A DNA stretch of 51,544 nucleotides, counting the filler, from Actinobacteria bacterium UBA7524 (lineage in GTDB: Bacteria > Actinomycetota > Coriobacteriia > Anaerosomatales > UBA912): assembly GCA_002478275.1 (NCBI GenBank). It is 5 parts of 5 records of this genome, joined end to end, with 100 filler letters (N's around TTAATTAATTAA, not from the genome) between each part and the next. Parts side by side here need not be neighbours in the genome. Positions count along the whole stretch, not along the records: positions 15,967 to 29,971 come from DLMY01000001.1; positions 30,072 to 45,722 come from DLMY01000012.1; 3 more parts are not named here. One strand, given 5' to 3'. The translations under genes and the position numbers were made by a program. This document shows, one piece after another, positions 24,502 through 34,352 of the stretch (positions are counted from its first letter, which is position 1; each line of letters begins with the position of its first letter). The notes beneath the pieces were generated by a model. It had not been told where the DNA came from and made no database searches. It saw only the letters and a program-made list of their open reading frames with translations.

Positions 24502-27123
24502 TCACGTGTGCAGCTGGGGCCGTTCAGGTAGAAGCAGCGTGAACGTGGAGCCCTTGCCCGGTTCGCTTTCCAGGGTGATGGTGCCGCCGAGCAAGCGAGC
24601 CAAACGGCGCGAGATCGCAAGGCCGAGCCCGGTACCCTCCGAGTCGGCGACGTCACGCACGTGCCGGGTGAACTCGCCGAATATGACATCCTGCTCCTCT
24701 GCCGGGATGCCCGGGCCGGTGTCGATGACGCTGAAGCCGAGCATCCCCGGCGCGAGTCTCGCCACAAGCAGTCCCACCGAACCCGAATCCGTGTACTTCA
24801 CCGCGTTCGCGAGCAGGTTGAGCAGGATCTGCTTCACCTTGACAGGATCGGAGATCAGGCGCGGGTCACCGTCGGGGAGCGTGACGGTGAGTTGAAGGCC
24901 CTTCTCGGCAGCCGTGGGCGATACGATCGCGATGGCCGCCTCTACCAGTGCGGGAACGTCGATCGATTCGTGACTGAGCTCGACCTTCCCTGCCTCGATG
25001 CGGGAAAGATCCAGTATGTCGTTGATGAGTTCCAGCAGGTGCTTGCCGGAGTGATTGATCATCTCGAGTTGGCGGCATTGTTCATCGTTGACCTCGCCGG
25101 CGATGCCTTGGAGCATCAGACCGGAGAAGCCGATCACCGAGTTCAGGGGCGTTCTGAGTTCGTGGCTCATCTGCCGCAGGAACTTCGTTTTCGCCTCGCT
25201 GACCTCCAGGAGTTCTGCATTGGCCGCACGTAGCGCCTCTGCGGTCGCTTGCAGCTCCTTCGTGCGCTGCTCGACCTTCTGCTCCAGGGATTCGTTGAGC
25301 TTGCGGATCTGCTCTTCGGCCTCGCGACGCTCAGTGATGTCGGTGTGGGTGCCAAGCATTCGTGACGGCCGCCCATCGGTGTCCCACTCGATGATAGCGC
25401 CGACCGACAGCACCCATATCCACCCGCCACTCGCCGTGCGCAAGCGGAACTCCAGGCGATACTCCTGCGACCCTCCGCCGATGTAGTCCTCGTAGAGTGC
25501 GGTTGCGCGATCTCTGTCTTCCGGATGTAGGCGCTCCGCCCACCGCCGGTCTGTCTCCCGGAACTCAGCAGGGTCGTATCCGAGCATGAGTGCGTACTCG
25601 TCATTCACCTGGGCGACGCCCGTCTTGAGATCGACATCGTAGATGCCCTGGCGCGAAGCCTGGATCGCGAGCCTCAGACGTTCCTCGCTTGCGATCAGGG
25701 CCCTTCGAGCTTCCCGCTCTTCGGTCTGGTTGCGGAACACGAGGACCGCTCCGCTGACCTGACCTTCCTCATCGTGGATCGGTGCGGCACTGTCCGCTAC
25801 CGGACGTTCTATGCCCTCACGGGAAAGAAGCAGCGAGTGGTCGGTGAGGCCGACTGCGGCATCGGTCGTGAGCACGCTGCGGGCGGGCCCCGTGAGAGGT
25901 TTGCGAGTACGCTCGTCGACGACCAGGAAGACGTCGTCGATCGGCCTACCCGAGGCGTCTTGCGCAGACCATCCCGTAAGTTGCTCGGCAACCGGATTCA
26001 TGAACTCGATGCGGCCCTCGGCATCGGTGGAAATGACCGCGTCACCCACGCTGGCCAGCGTGATGCCGTAGCGCTGCTCCGCCTGGAACTTGTCGTGCTC
26101 CTTGTCGAGCATCAAAGCGAGCTGCGACAACCTCGATTGTTGCCAGACGAATGCTGCCGAACCCAGCAAAAGCAGCACAAGACCAGCGCCGATCGCAAGC
26201 AGGTAGCTTGAGCGTACGCTCCACTCCGAAAGCGCTTCCTGCTGGTCGATCTTGGCCACGAGTAGCCAGTCCGAGTCCGGAACGGCGGCCACGTACGCGA
26301 AGACATCCGTTTCGCGGTAGTCCAGGCCTTCTACGATACCCGTTTCTCCCAGGACGGCCTTGGTCTCGACAGCGTCGCGGTTCGCCGTAGGAATACGAAG
26401 CGACAGATCGCGGTTGGCGACGTGCCGGACGTCGTTGAGGAACAGAACGGCATCATCGTCGCGAGTGATCAGCGCAACCTCGGCTGACTCGCTGGGGATG
26501 GGCCAAGACGTCAGGAAGGGATATAGGGATTCCTCGGCACTTATCCTGAGGATCACCGCAGCGATCGGGACTCCCTGTTGGGAGCCTTCATCTCGAAGCA
26601 AGACGGGGGCCACGATGTCGATGTGTGCACCCGGGTCGTCGGGGGTGGAGTGGGGGGCGCCCAGCTGGGGCTCCCCGGTGTTCAGGGCCGCAGCCAGATC
26701 CGCGGGCTCGTGGACTACTTCGTGGCGCGGCGTATCCCCTGCATGAAGGAGAACCTGCCCATCGGTGTCGACCAGCATCGTGCTGGCGTACATCTCGGTG
26801 TAACGCATAGTCTCAAGACGCTTCTTCATGTCCGCGGTCGCCGCGGGGTTCTGGTCTTGCAGCCAGGCGTTCAGGGCTTGTGCGAAGGTCGCACCCGCGG
26901 TGATGCGACGCGCATTGTTCAGGCGCTCCTTGCGCCACGTCTCGACCTGGTCGACCTTGAGCTGGCCGATGGTCGTCAATCGCATCATGGAGTCCTCGTG
27001 CATGATGCGCTGCTGGTCGCGGTAGAGCCAAATACCGCCAGCGACGGTGATGGTGAGCATAAGGGAGACTAGGCCGATCAGCCACGGCTGCAGCGAGGCG
27101 CGTGAGGTCTGGCTGGATCGCAA
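24502..27123 (-). CDS. membrane sensor histidine kinase with extracytoplasmic Cache-like and two PAS/PAC domains
   Basis: Two TM segments, PAS (NPVAEQLTGW; LHPEDR), H-box MSHELRTPLN, N-box NLLANAVKYT, DTGPGI, GTGLGLAI. Confidence 0.93.
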   Translation of the reverse strand: MRSSQTSRASLQPWLIGLVSLMLTITVAGGIWLYRDQQRIMHEDSMMRLTTIGQLKVDQVETWRKERLNNARRITAGATFAQALNAWLQDQNPAATADMKKRLETMRYTEMYASTMLVDTDGQVLLHAGDTPRHEVVHEPADLAAALNTGEPQLGAPHSTPDDPGAHIDIVAPVLLRDEGSQQGVPIAAVILRISAEESLYPFLTSWPIPSESAEVALITRDDDAVLFLNDVRHVANRDLSLRIPTANRDAVETKAVLGETGIVEGLDYRETDVFAYVAAVPDSDWLLVAKIDQQEALSEWSVRSSYLLAIGAGLVLLLLGSAAFVWQQSRLSQLALMLDKEHDKFQAEQRYGITLASVGDAVISTDAEGRIEFMNPVAEQLTGWSAQDASGRPIDDVFLVVDERTRKPLTGPARSVLTTDAAVGLTDHSLLLSREGIERPVADSAAPIHDEEGQVSGAVLVFRNQTEEREARRALIASEERLRLAIQASRQGIYDVDLKTGVAQVNDEYALMLGYDPAEFRETDRRWAERLHPEDRDRATALYEDYIGGGSQEYRLEFRLRTASGGWIWVLSVGAIIEWDTDGRPSRMLGTHTDITERREAEEQIRKLNESLEQKVEQRTKELQATAEALRAANAELLEVSEAKTKFLRQMSHELRTPLNSVIGFSGLMLQGIAGEVNDEQCRQLEMINHSGKHLLELINDILDLSRIEAGKVELSHESIDVPALVEAAIAIVSPTAAEKGLQLTVTLPDGDPRLISDPVKVKQILLNLLANAVKYTDSGSVGLLVARLAPGMLGFSVIDTGPGIPAEEQDVIFGEFTRHVRDVADSEGTGLGLAISRRLARLLGGTITLESEPGKGSTFTLLLPERPQLHT

Positions 27124-27229
27124 GAACGTTCACCCCCGTTGATCCTCCGTGAAGACCACTATAGCAGGGGCGGCGTGTAGCAGCGCGGACGTGTCGCTAC
27201 GCGGCGTCGGGACAGTGCGCAGTCTGTGC

Positions 27230-27925
27230 CTAGCGGAACGAGCTGGACAGCTCCCAGGCGCCATCGCCGTACCGTACGATCCACGTCTCGACGTCGGCAG
27301 GCCGCGACAGCCGGGCGACCGCACCGATGGTGTCCGCGATCTCGGCGTCTGCCGGATCGTTCTGGTCCAGATCGGTACGGATGAGGAGTGCGTTGCGCTC
27401 GGCGTTGCGCTCGGCGCCCTGGATCCGGTCGTACCAGGCCTCACCAACCGGGTCGCCGCTCGCCTGGCCGTATGCGACGTCCAGCCACTCCATGAAGCCA
27501 TCGGCGGAGTCTGGGGAGGGAGGGACCTCCTCGGCGAACTCCATGTACAGAGGCATACCGCCCTGGAGGACCTGCCCGTCGCTGAAGATGAAGCGCACGC
27601 CCAGTTCGGAGCCATACTCGGAATTCGCCCACGAGTTGCCCGGCTCGTTCGTAGTGAAGGCCGGGTCGGATGAGGGCATCGGCAGGAAGACGAGGGCGAA
27701 GGGCTTGCGCAGACGTGTGACCGGCTCGATGGCGGTGATGGCGTCGTGCCACTCCTCGCCCGCGTAGTGCTCTTCGAGCCACGCTTCGAGGGTCTCGACG
27801 GTCGCGGCTGGTTGCGTCTCGCCTTCGGTCGGCTGGGCCACACGATCGTTCTTCACGCATCCCGCCGTGGTCAGCAGGGCGGCGGCGAGTACGAAGAGCA
27901 GTGCCAGAGCTGAAGCGCGCTTCAT
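27230..27925 (-). CDS. hypothetical lipoprotein
   Basis: Signal peptide with TAGC lipobox, GAGAGGG SD; possible internal repeat (WLEEHY.GEEWHDAI / WLDVAY..GEAWYDRI). Confidence 0.7.
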   Translation of the reverse strand: MKRASALALLFVLAAALLTTAGCVKNDRVAQPTEGETQPAATVETLEAWLEEHYAGEEWHDAITAIEPVTRLRKPFALVFLPMPSSDPAFTTNEPGNSWANSEYGSELGVRFIFSDGQVLQGGMPLYMEFAEEVPPSPDSADGFMEWLDVAYGQASGDPVGEAWYDRIQGAERNAERNALLIRTDLDQNDPADAEIADTIGAVARLSRPADVETWIVRYGDGAWELSSSFR

Positions 27926-28049
27926 GGTGGACCCTCTCTGTCGTGCAGATGTCTGCGTTCACTGTAGCCGACGGGCGCTATGCGCGACAGATGGAGTAGC
28001 GTGGGGAATGCATAGGTGACGGGTATGACCGGTCGCGAAGGAGGCCTGC

Positions 28050-29372
28050 ATGATCAAGGTGGCGGTGTGGGGCACGGGGATGATGGGACAAGGACTGCTC
28101 CGGTACCTGCTCGATAGGCCCGGCGACGTCGAACTTGTGGGCGCAATAGTGACGAACCCGGCCAAAGTCGGAATGGCCGTCGGCGAGCTGCTCGGTTGCG
28201 AGTGTGACGTGCGGATGACGACCGACCATGAGGCCGTACTGGCCGAGCGACCCGATGTGGTGTGCATCAACACACAGAGCAATCTGAGGGAGATAACCGC
28301 CCAGGTGGAGCCCTGCGTGATGGCTGGCTCGAACGTCATCTCGATCGCCGAGACGCTCGCGTACCCGTGGGCCAGCGACCCGGCGTGGGCGGAGCGCTTC
28401 GACGCGCTGGCTCGCGAGCAGGGGGTTACCATCCTGGGGACCGGCATCAACCCCGGCTTCGTTCTCGACGCCCTCATCGTGATGTGGACCTCCGTGTGCC
28501 TGAGCGTCGAGCGGATCGAGGCGCAACGTGTCAACGACCTGTCTCCCTTCGGGCCCACCGTCATGGCGAGCCAGGGNNNNNNNNNNNNNNNNNNNNNNNN
28601 NNNNNNNNNNNNNNNNNNNNNNNNNNNNNNNNNNNNNNNNNNNNNNNNNNNNNNNNNNNNNNNNNNNNNNNNNNNNNNNNNNNNNNNNNNNNNNNNNNNN
28701 NNNNNNNNNNNNNNNNNNNNNNNNNNNNNNNNNNNNNNNNNNNNNNNNNNNNNNNNNNNNNNNNNNNNNNNNNCACATCGGCTTTCCCGAGTCCATCCAC
28801 CTGATAGCCCGGGCGCTCGGTTGGCGAATCGCGCGAATCGAAGAGACTCGCGAGCCCATCGTCACGACCGTCCCGCGCGAGACGCCGCACGTACGTGTCG
28901 CCCCCGGCGATGTCGCGGGCTGCCGCCACATCGGCCGCGGCTTCGACGAGGCCGGTGCGCTCAAGGTCGAGCTCGTTCACCCTCAGCAGATACACCCGCA
29001 CCTGGAGGGCATAGACACAGGCGACTACATCCGGGTGATCGGCGACCCGGAGGTGCGCATGGCGAACGTGCCCGAGATCCCTGGAGGTAAGGGCACCTAC
29101 GCCAGCACGGGCAACTACATCCCGCTCGTGCAGGCGGCGCCGTCAGGTCTGCAGACCGTGGTCGACCTGCCGCTGCCNNNNNNNNNNNNNNNNNNNNNNN
29201 NNNNNNNNNNNNNNNNNNNNNNNNNNNNNNNNNNNNNNNNNNNNNNNNNNNNNNNNNNNNNNNNNNNNNNNNNNNNNNNNNNNNNNNNNNNNNNNNNNNN
29301 NNNNNNNNNNNNNNNNNNNNNNNNACCGTGGTCGACCTGCCGCTGCCCCGTTTCTGGACGCCGAGTGAGTAG
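28050..29372 (+). CDS. ord: 2,4-diaminopentanoate dehydrogenase (two N gaps)
   Basis: KVAVWGTGMMGQG, NVISIAE.LAYP, GTGINPGFVLD, RVNDLSPFGPTVM, HIGFPESI, HPQQIHP..EG.DTGDYI, PEIPGGKGT; followed by ortA. Confidence 0.88.
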
Positions 29373-29415
29373 CGACGTCAGACGACAGCCGTGAGCCGTG
29401 AGCGAGGAGATACGA

Positions 29416-29960
29416 ATGGCCGAGGAGAGACCGACTGCCGTGTCGGGTCCTGGCACTCAGGAGCCGGATGGCTGCGTGCCTGGTGACTGGGTGGAAGTCG
29501 AGAGCGTGCTGCTCGAGCCCGCCGACCGTTCGCCGAACGTGCCGCCGGAGACCGCCGGCACCGCGCTGCGCATGTGGGTGAAGGGTTTCGCGCGCGGCGA
29601 TGCCCTGTTGGGCGAAGAGTGCGAGATCGAGACGATGACNNNNNNNNNNNNNNNNNNNNNNNNNNNNNNNNNNNNNNNNNNNNNNNNNNNNNNNNNNNNN
29701 NNNNNNNNNNNNNNNNNNNNNNNNNNNNNNNNNNNNNNNNNNNNNNNNNNNNNNNNNNNNNNNNNNNNNNNNNNNNNNNNNNNNNNNNNNNNNNNGAGTG
29801 CGAGATCGAGACGATGACCGGGCGCGTCGTGCGTGGACGGCTCTCGACCGCCGCGCCGGGCTATACCCACACATTCGGTCCTCAGCCGCCCGAGCTCGCC
29901 GGCATCGGCCGCGACCTGCGCATCCAGCTCGCGCGCTGGCGCGAAGGGGGCGGGCGCTGA
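29416..29960 (+). CDS. ortA: 2-amino-4-ketopentanoate thiolase alpha subunit (N gap with duplicated flanks)
   Basis: GDWVEV..VLLEPADRSPNVPPET...LRMWVKGF, IETMTGR...G, P.YTHTFG...PEL..IG..LR. Confidence 0.88.
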
Positions 29961-30071
29961 TGGGCGGGCGANNNNNNNNNNNNNNNNNNNNNNNNNNNNN
30001 NNNNNNNNNNNNNNNTTAATTAATTAANNNNNNNNNNNNNNNNNNNNNNNNNNNNNNNNNNNNNNNNNNNN

Positions 30072-30258
30072 CCGCACGACCGACGTCACCGGCATCGCGC
30101 ATCTGCCCGAGGGCACCGAGATGGTCATGCCCGGCGACAACGTCGAGCTGCGCGGTGAGCTCATCGCCCCGATCGCGATGGAGGAGGGCCTGCGCTTCGC
30201 TATCCGCGAAGGAGGCCGCACCGTCGGATCGGGCCGTGTGACCAAGATACTGAAGTAG
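30072..30258 (+). CDS. tuf: elongation factor Tu, 3' fragment
   Basis: [21 protein letters not shown]...[26 protein letters not shown]. Confidence 0.96.
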
Positions 30259-30282
30259 GACCGGTCACCGCTGTGTGAATCG

Positions 30283-30315
30283 TACGGGGTCCGGCGGAGG
30301 CGCCGGACCCCGTTT
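30283..30315 (+). terminator. intrinsic terminator after tuf
   Basis: ACGGGGTCCGGCG-gagg-CGCCGGACCCCGT-TT. Confidence 0.75.
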
Positions 30316-30344
30316 CGCCGCCTTCTACGGCGTTGGCGGATCGT

Positions 30345-30374
30345 TTGACAGTGCAGAAAAAGGGGTGCTAGAGT
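30345..30374 (+). promoter_or_regulatory. sigmaA-type promoter for rpmG
   Basis: TTGACA-18 nt-TAGAGT with TGn extension. Confidence 0.6.
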
Positions 30375-30435
30375 ACGCTACCGCATCCCCGAACCCCCGC
30401 GTCTGCTGACTTTGGCGCGGTCGGCAGGAGGACGA

Positions 30436-30585
30436 ATGAGGACTTTGGTCACACTGGCGTGCGCCGAGTGCAAGCGCCGGAACTACACAACCAAGAAGAA
30501 CAAGCAGAACAACCCTGAGCGTATCGAGTTCAAGAAGTACTGTAAGTGGTGTAAGACCCACACGCTCCACAAGGAGACTCGCTAG
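30436..30585 (+). CDS. rpmG: 50S ribosomal protein L33 (Zn-binding form; not in ORF track)
   Basis: [57 protein letters not shown]. Confidence 0.96.
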   Translation: MRTLVTLACAECKRRNYTTKKNKQNNPERIEFKKYCKWCKTHTLHKETR

Positions 30586-30600
30586 CGGCATTGACAGGAC

Positions 30601-30677
30601 AGGCCAGTAGCTCCAATTGGTAGAGCGCCGGTCTCCAAAACCGGATGTTGGGGGTTCGAGTCCCTCCTGGCCTGCCA
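30601..30677 (+). tRNA. tRNA-Trp(CCA)
   Basis: Cloverleaf with AGGCCAG/CTGGCCT acceptor, anticodon arm CCGGT-CTCCAAA-ACCGG, GGTTCGAG, encoded CCA. Confidence 0.96.
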
Positions 30678-30758
30678 GTGTGAATCATCCGCCGTCTGCG
30701 CTGACGGCGGTAACTGTCCGGCCGGCGGAGCCGCCCGGTGACAAGGAAGAAGTGTGAG

Positions 30759-30989
30759 ATGGCAAAGGCCGACACAAAGGCAAAGAAGCGCAACGTGATC
30801 GCGCGCGTCGCGGATTACTTCCGCAACGTTGTCGCTGAGATGAAGCGTGTCGTCTGGCCGACGCGGCCGGAAGTCCTCAACTCCAGCCTGGTCGTCATCA
30901 CGACGCTGGTGTTCTTCGTTCTGTTCACGTTCGTCGTGGACCAGATTGCCGTGTACGTCATCTCACTCGTAGCCGGGATAGGTGGGTGA
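30759..30989 (+). CDS. secE: preprotein translocase subunit SecE
   Basis: EMKRVVWPTR motif plus one TM helix, between tRNA-Trp and nusG. Confidence 0.95.
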   Translation: MAKADTKAKKRNVIARVADYFRNVVAEMKRVVWPTRPEVLNSSLVVITTLVFFVLFTFVVDQIAVYVISLVAGIGG

Positions 30990-30991
30990 CG

Positions 30992-31522
30992 ATGGCCAAG
31001 CGCTGGTACGTCATTCATACGTACTCTGGCTACGAGAACAAGGTCAAGGCCAATCTCGAGCACCGTATCGAGTCCATGGGTATGGGCGAGAAGATCTTCG
31101 ATGTCTTGATCCCCAGGGAGACCGTTACCGACATCAAAGAGGGCGGTCGCAGGGTCACGAGCGAGAAGAAGGTCTTTCCCGGTTACATCCTGGTCCAGAT
31201 GGAACTTGATGACGACTCCTGGTACGTGGTGCGCAACACGCCCGGAGTCACGGGTTTCGTTGGCTCGCAAGGCAAACCGGTGCCGCTCTCTCGGGATGAG
31301 TTCAAGAGGATATCGAAGCGCACAGAAGCTGGCGTCAAGCCTAAGACCTCGACTGACTACTCGGAAGGGATGTCGGTCAAGGTGACCAGCGGACCTTTGG
31401 CTGAGTTCGATGGCGTCATCGCAGAGGTCAACCTCGATCAGGCCAAGGTCAAAGTCATGGTATCGATCTTCGGTCGCGAGACGCCGGTGGAACTCGGTTT
31501 CGATCAGGTAGCCCGCCTCTAG
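30992..31522 (+). CDS. nusG: transcription factor NusG
   Basis: WYVIHTYSGYENKVK, VFPGYILV, VRNTPGVTGFVG, IFGRETPVEL. Confidence 0.97.
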   Translation: MAKRWYVIHTYSGYENKVKANLEHRIESMGMGEKIFDVLIPRETVTDIKEGGRRVTSEKKVFPGYILVQMELDDDSWYVVRNTPGVTGFVGSQGKPVPLSRDEFKRISKRTEAGVKPKTSTDYSEGMSVKVTSGPLAEFDGVIAEVNLDQAKVKVMVSIFGRETPVELGFDQVARL

Positions 31523-31596
31523 ACTCGGCGGTTCAGGTAGAAGGAGCGGGTCTTGATCCAGGACCCGCAGGAACAGTGAGGACGTGAAGCGAACAG

Positions 31597-32022
31597 ATGG
31601 CCAAGAAGATAGCCGGCTTCATCAAACTGCAGATCCCTGCCGGCCAGGCCAACCCGGCGCCCCCCGTGGGTCCCGCTCTAGGCCAGCACCAGGTGAACAT
31701 CATGCAGTTCTGTCAGGCGTTCAATTCGGCGACGCAGGAGCAGATGGGCACGATCATCCCCGTCGAGATCACGGTCTATGAGGACCGCTCGTTCGACTTC
31801 GTGACCAAGACGCCCCCTGCTGCCGTACTGATCAAGCAGGCAGCGGGTATCGAATCTGGCTCGGGTGTGCCGAATCGAACCAAGGTCGGCACCGTGACCC
31901 GCGCTCAGGTGCGCGAGATCGCCGAGACCAAGATGGTCGATTTGAGCGCGAACGATGTCGATGCGGCGATGAAGATCATCGAAGGTACGGCCCGCTCGAT
32001 GGGCGTGACCGTCGAAGAGTAG
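31597..32022 (+). CDS. rplK: 50S ribosomal protein L11
   Basis: [21 protein letters not shown]. Confidence 0.98.
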   Translation: MAKKIAGFIKLQIPAGQANPAPPVGPALGQHQVNIMQFCQAFNSATQEQMGTIIPVEITVYEDRSFDFVTKTPPAAVLIKQAAGIESGSGVPNRTKVGTVTRAQVREIAETKMVDLSANDVDAAMKIIEGTARSMGVTVEE

Positions 32023-32052
32023 CGCTCGTTGTGCGCGGTCAGCCGCGCAGAC

Positions 32053-32082
32053 GTGGGAGGGCCTGCCCGGCCCGTTGACCAC
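32053..32082 (+). promoter_or_regulatory. putative L1-binding autoregulatory mRNA element
   Basis: GTGGGAGGG..CCCGTTGACCAC stem directly before the rplA SD, resembling L1 target motifs. Confidence 0.5.
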
Positions 32083-32095
32083 AAGGAGGAGACCT

Positions 32096-32803
32096 ATGAA
32101 GCAGGGCAAGCGTATGCGTGAGGCATCTGCCAAGGTGGATCGTGACCAGTTGTACACTCCACTTCAGGCAGCCCGATTGGCCAAGGAGTTGGCCGTCGCG
32201 AAGTTCGATGAGACGGTGGAGGTTCATTTCCGGTTGGGAGTGGACACCCGCCAGGCCGACCAGCAGGTGCGCGGCAGTGCTTCGCTGCCACACGGAACCG
32301 GCAAGACGGTTCGCGTTGCGGTGTTCGCGGAGGGTGACAAGGCCCGTGAAGCCGAGGCTGCTGGAGCGGATGTCGTGGGAAGTGACGACCTGGTCGAGAA
32401 GATACAGGGCGGTTTTCTGGACTTCGATGCGACCGTGGCTACCCCGGACATGATGAGCAAGGTGGGTCGGCTGGGCAAGATCCTCGGCACTAGAGGACTC
32501 ATGCCCAATCCCAAGCTTGGCACGGTGACCATGGACGTGGGGCGCGTGGTCGGAGAGCTCAAGGCTGGACGCGTCGAGTACCGAGCCGACAAGTTCGGTA
32601 TTGCTCATGTAGGAATCGGGAAGGCCAGCTTCGACGAGTCAGCCATCGTTGAGAACTATGCAGTCATTCTTGACGAAGTACTGCGTGCGCGACCGGCGGC
32701 CACCAAGGGTAAGTACATCAAGTCGATAACGATGACGACCACGATGGGCCCTGGTATCAAGGTCGATCCTGCCAAGACTCGCAACCTCCTCGACGAGGAG
32801 TAG
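32096..32803 (+). CDS. rplA: 50S ribosomal protein L1
   Basis: [28 protein letters not shown]. Confidence 0.98.
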   Translation: MKQGKRMREASAKVDRDQLYTPLQAARLAKELAVAKFDETVEVHFRLGVDTRQADQQVRGSASLPHGTGKTVRVAVFAEGDKAREAEAAGADVVGSDDLVEKIQGGFLDFDATVATPDMMSKVGRLGKILGTRGLMPNPKLGTVTMDVGRVVGELKAGRVEYRADKFGIAHVGIGKASFDESAIVENYAVILDEVLRARPAATKGKYIKSITMTTTMGPGIKVDPAKTRNLLDEE

Positions 32804-32888
32804 CGCACCAGCGACTTGCGCACTGCCGGTTGCATGTGCATACTGGCATGCGCATTCTCAATCGAAAATCGCGTGCAAGACTCCACTG

Positions 32889-33047
32889 CCTAAGACAGCA
32901 GGCGCCCGTGACAGCGGGCTTGATGAGCCGGGACCGGCTCGCCAGCCGAGGTGGATGCCCGTCCTGGCGTTTCACGCTTCGGGACAATGAGCAGGTATAT
33001 CGACTCATGTGGCCTCCGCCGTTTCGATGGCGGAGGCCGTTCGTTTT
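32889..33047 (+). promoter_or_regulatory. L10 leader with downstream attenuator-like hairpin
   Basis: CCTAAGACAGCAGG...CTTGAT...CCAGCCGAGG pattern; hairpin GGCCTCCGCCGT-ttcg-ATGGCGGAGGCC-GTTCGTTTT at 33011-33047. Confidence 0.7.
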
Positions 33048-33146
33048 CTCGAGGAGCATCAGCTTCTCAGATGAACGGCCGCCGCAAGATGAGCTTCAGT
33101 GCTCGTCTTCCGGGGTCGTTGTGCGCCAAAGGAAGGAGGGAAGTGT

Positions 33147-33668
33147 ATGCCGAACCAGGCAAAGGCGGATGTTGTCGCCGAGATCAAGGAGAAGTGGACA
33201 GGATCCGTCGGCGTGATCATGGCCGATTATCGCGGTCTGTCCGTGAAGGACATGGCCGAGCTGCGCGGCCGCGTGCGTGAATCAGGTGGCGAGGTCAAGA
33301 TCTACAAGAACACTTTGACCGAGATCGCCGTTCGCGAACTCGCGCTGCCCAGCATGGGTGACGTTCTGGAGGGCCCGACGGCGTTCGTGTTCGCACACGA
33401 GGACCCCGTGGGCCCGGCCAAGGCGCTTGTCGATTTTGGCAAGTCTCATGACGCACTTGAGCTGAAAGGGGCCCTGGTCCAGAACGCGATCGTTGATGTC
33501 GCAGGTATCAAGGCTCTTGCTGCGCTGCCGTCACGCGAGGAACTGCTCGCGAAGCTCATGGGCACGATGGTCAATCCGGTTCGTGGGTTCATGTCGATGG
33601 CGAACGCTCCGGCGGGTGCTCTGGCCCGCGTGCTTCGAGCCGTCTCCGACCAGAAGGCCGCTGCGTGA
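33147..33668 (+). CDS. rplJ: 50S ribosomal protein L10
   Basis: DYRGLSV, KNTL, LPSREELLAKL. Confidence 0.97.
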   Translation: MPNQAKADVVAEIKEKWTGSVGVIMADYRGLSVKDMAELRGRVRESGGEVKIYKNTLTEIAVRELALPSMGDVLEGPTAFVFAHEDPVGPAKALVDFGKSHDALELKGALVQNAIVDVAGIKALAALPSREELLAKLMGTMVNPVRGFMSMANAPAGALARVLRAVSDQKAAA

Positions 33669-33735
33669 TCTGTTGCCGTTAACGTACGCCGTACCGCAAG
33701 AGGCGGTGCGGATGTGAAGAAGAAGGAGATAGACG

Positions 33736-34125
33736 ATGGCTAACATCACTCGTGAGGAAGTACTTGAGTGGGTAAAGAACGCTCCGGCTCTCGAGCTTGC
33801 TGAGCTCGTCAAGGAGATGGAGGATGTGTTCGGTGTCTCCGCTGCGGCCCCCATGGCCGTTGCCGCCGCTGCGCCTGCCGCAGGTGGCGACGCGGGTGCC
33901 GCCGAGGAGAAGGACAGCTTCGACGTCGTTCTTGCCAACGCTGGTGACAAGAAGATCCAGGTCATCAAGGCCGTTCGGGAGATTGACAGCAGCCTTGGTC
34001 TCAAGGAGGCTAAGGAACTTGTGGATGCAGCTCCCAAGCCCGTACTGAGCGGCGTCAACAAGGAGAGGGCCGACGAAGCCAAGGCCAAGCTCGAAGAGGC
34101 CGGCGCCACGGTTGAGATCGCTTAG
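33736..34125 (+). CDS. rplL: 50S ribosomal protein L7/L12
   Basis: [27 protein letters not shown]. Confidence 0.98.
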   Translation: MANITREEVLEWVKNAPALELAELVKEMEDVFGVSAAAPMAVAAAAPAAGGDAGAAEEKDSFDVVLANAGDKKIQVIKAVREIDSSLGLKEAKELVDAAPKPVLSGVNKERADEAKAKLEEAGATVEIA

Positions 34126-34352
34126 GACCCCCGCGAGTCTCTGACGGGCCTGCACAAGGTCCGTATCCGGACGAGCGATTTCGAGGCCGGGCCATCGCGC
34201 CCGGCCTCCGTCCCGGGTCTCGGCTCGATCGAGTAGCAGGATCCCAACGAAATACCACACAAGATACCCTTGCACAACAGTGACGGCTCGGGTATTTTGA
34301 TTGTTTGCGACTCTTTGTATCACGCCACATCCCCCGAAGGAGGAATCGCCTG

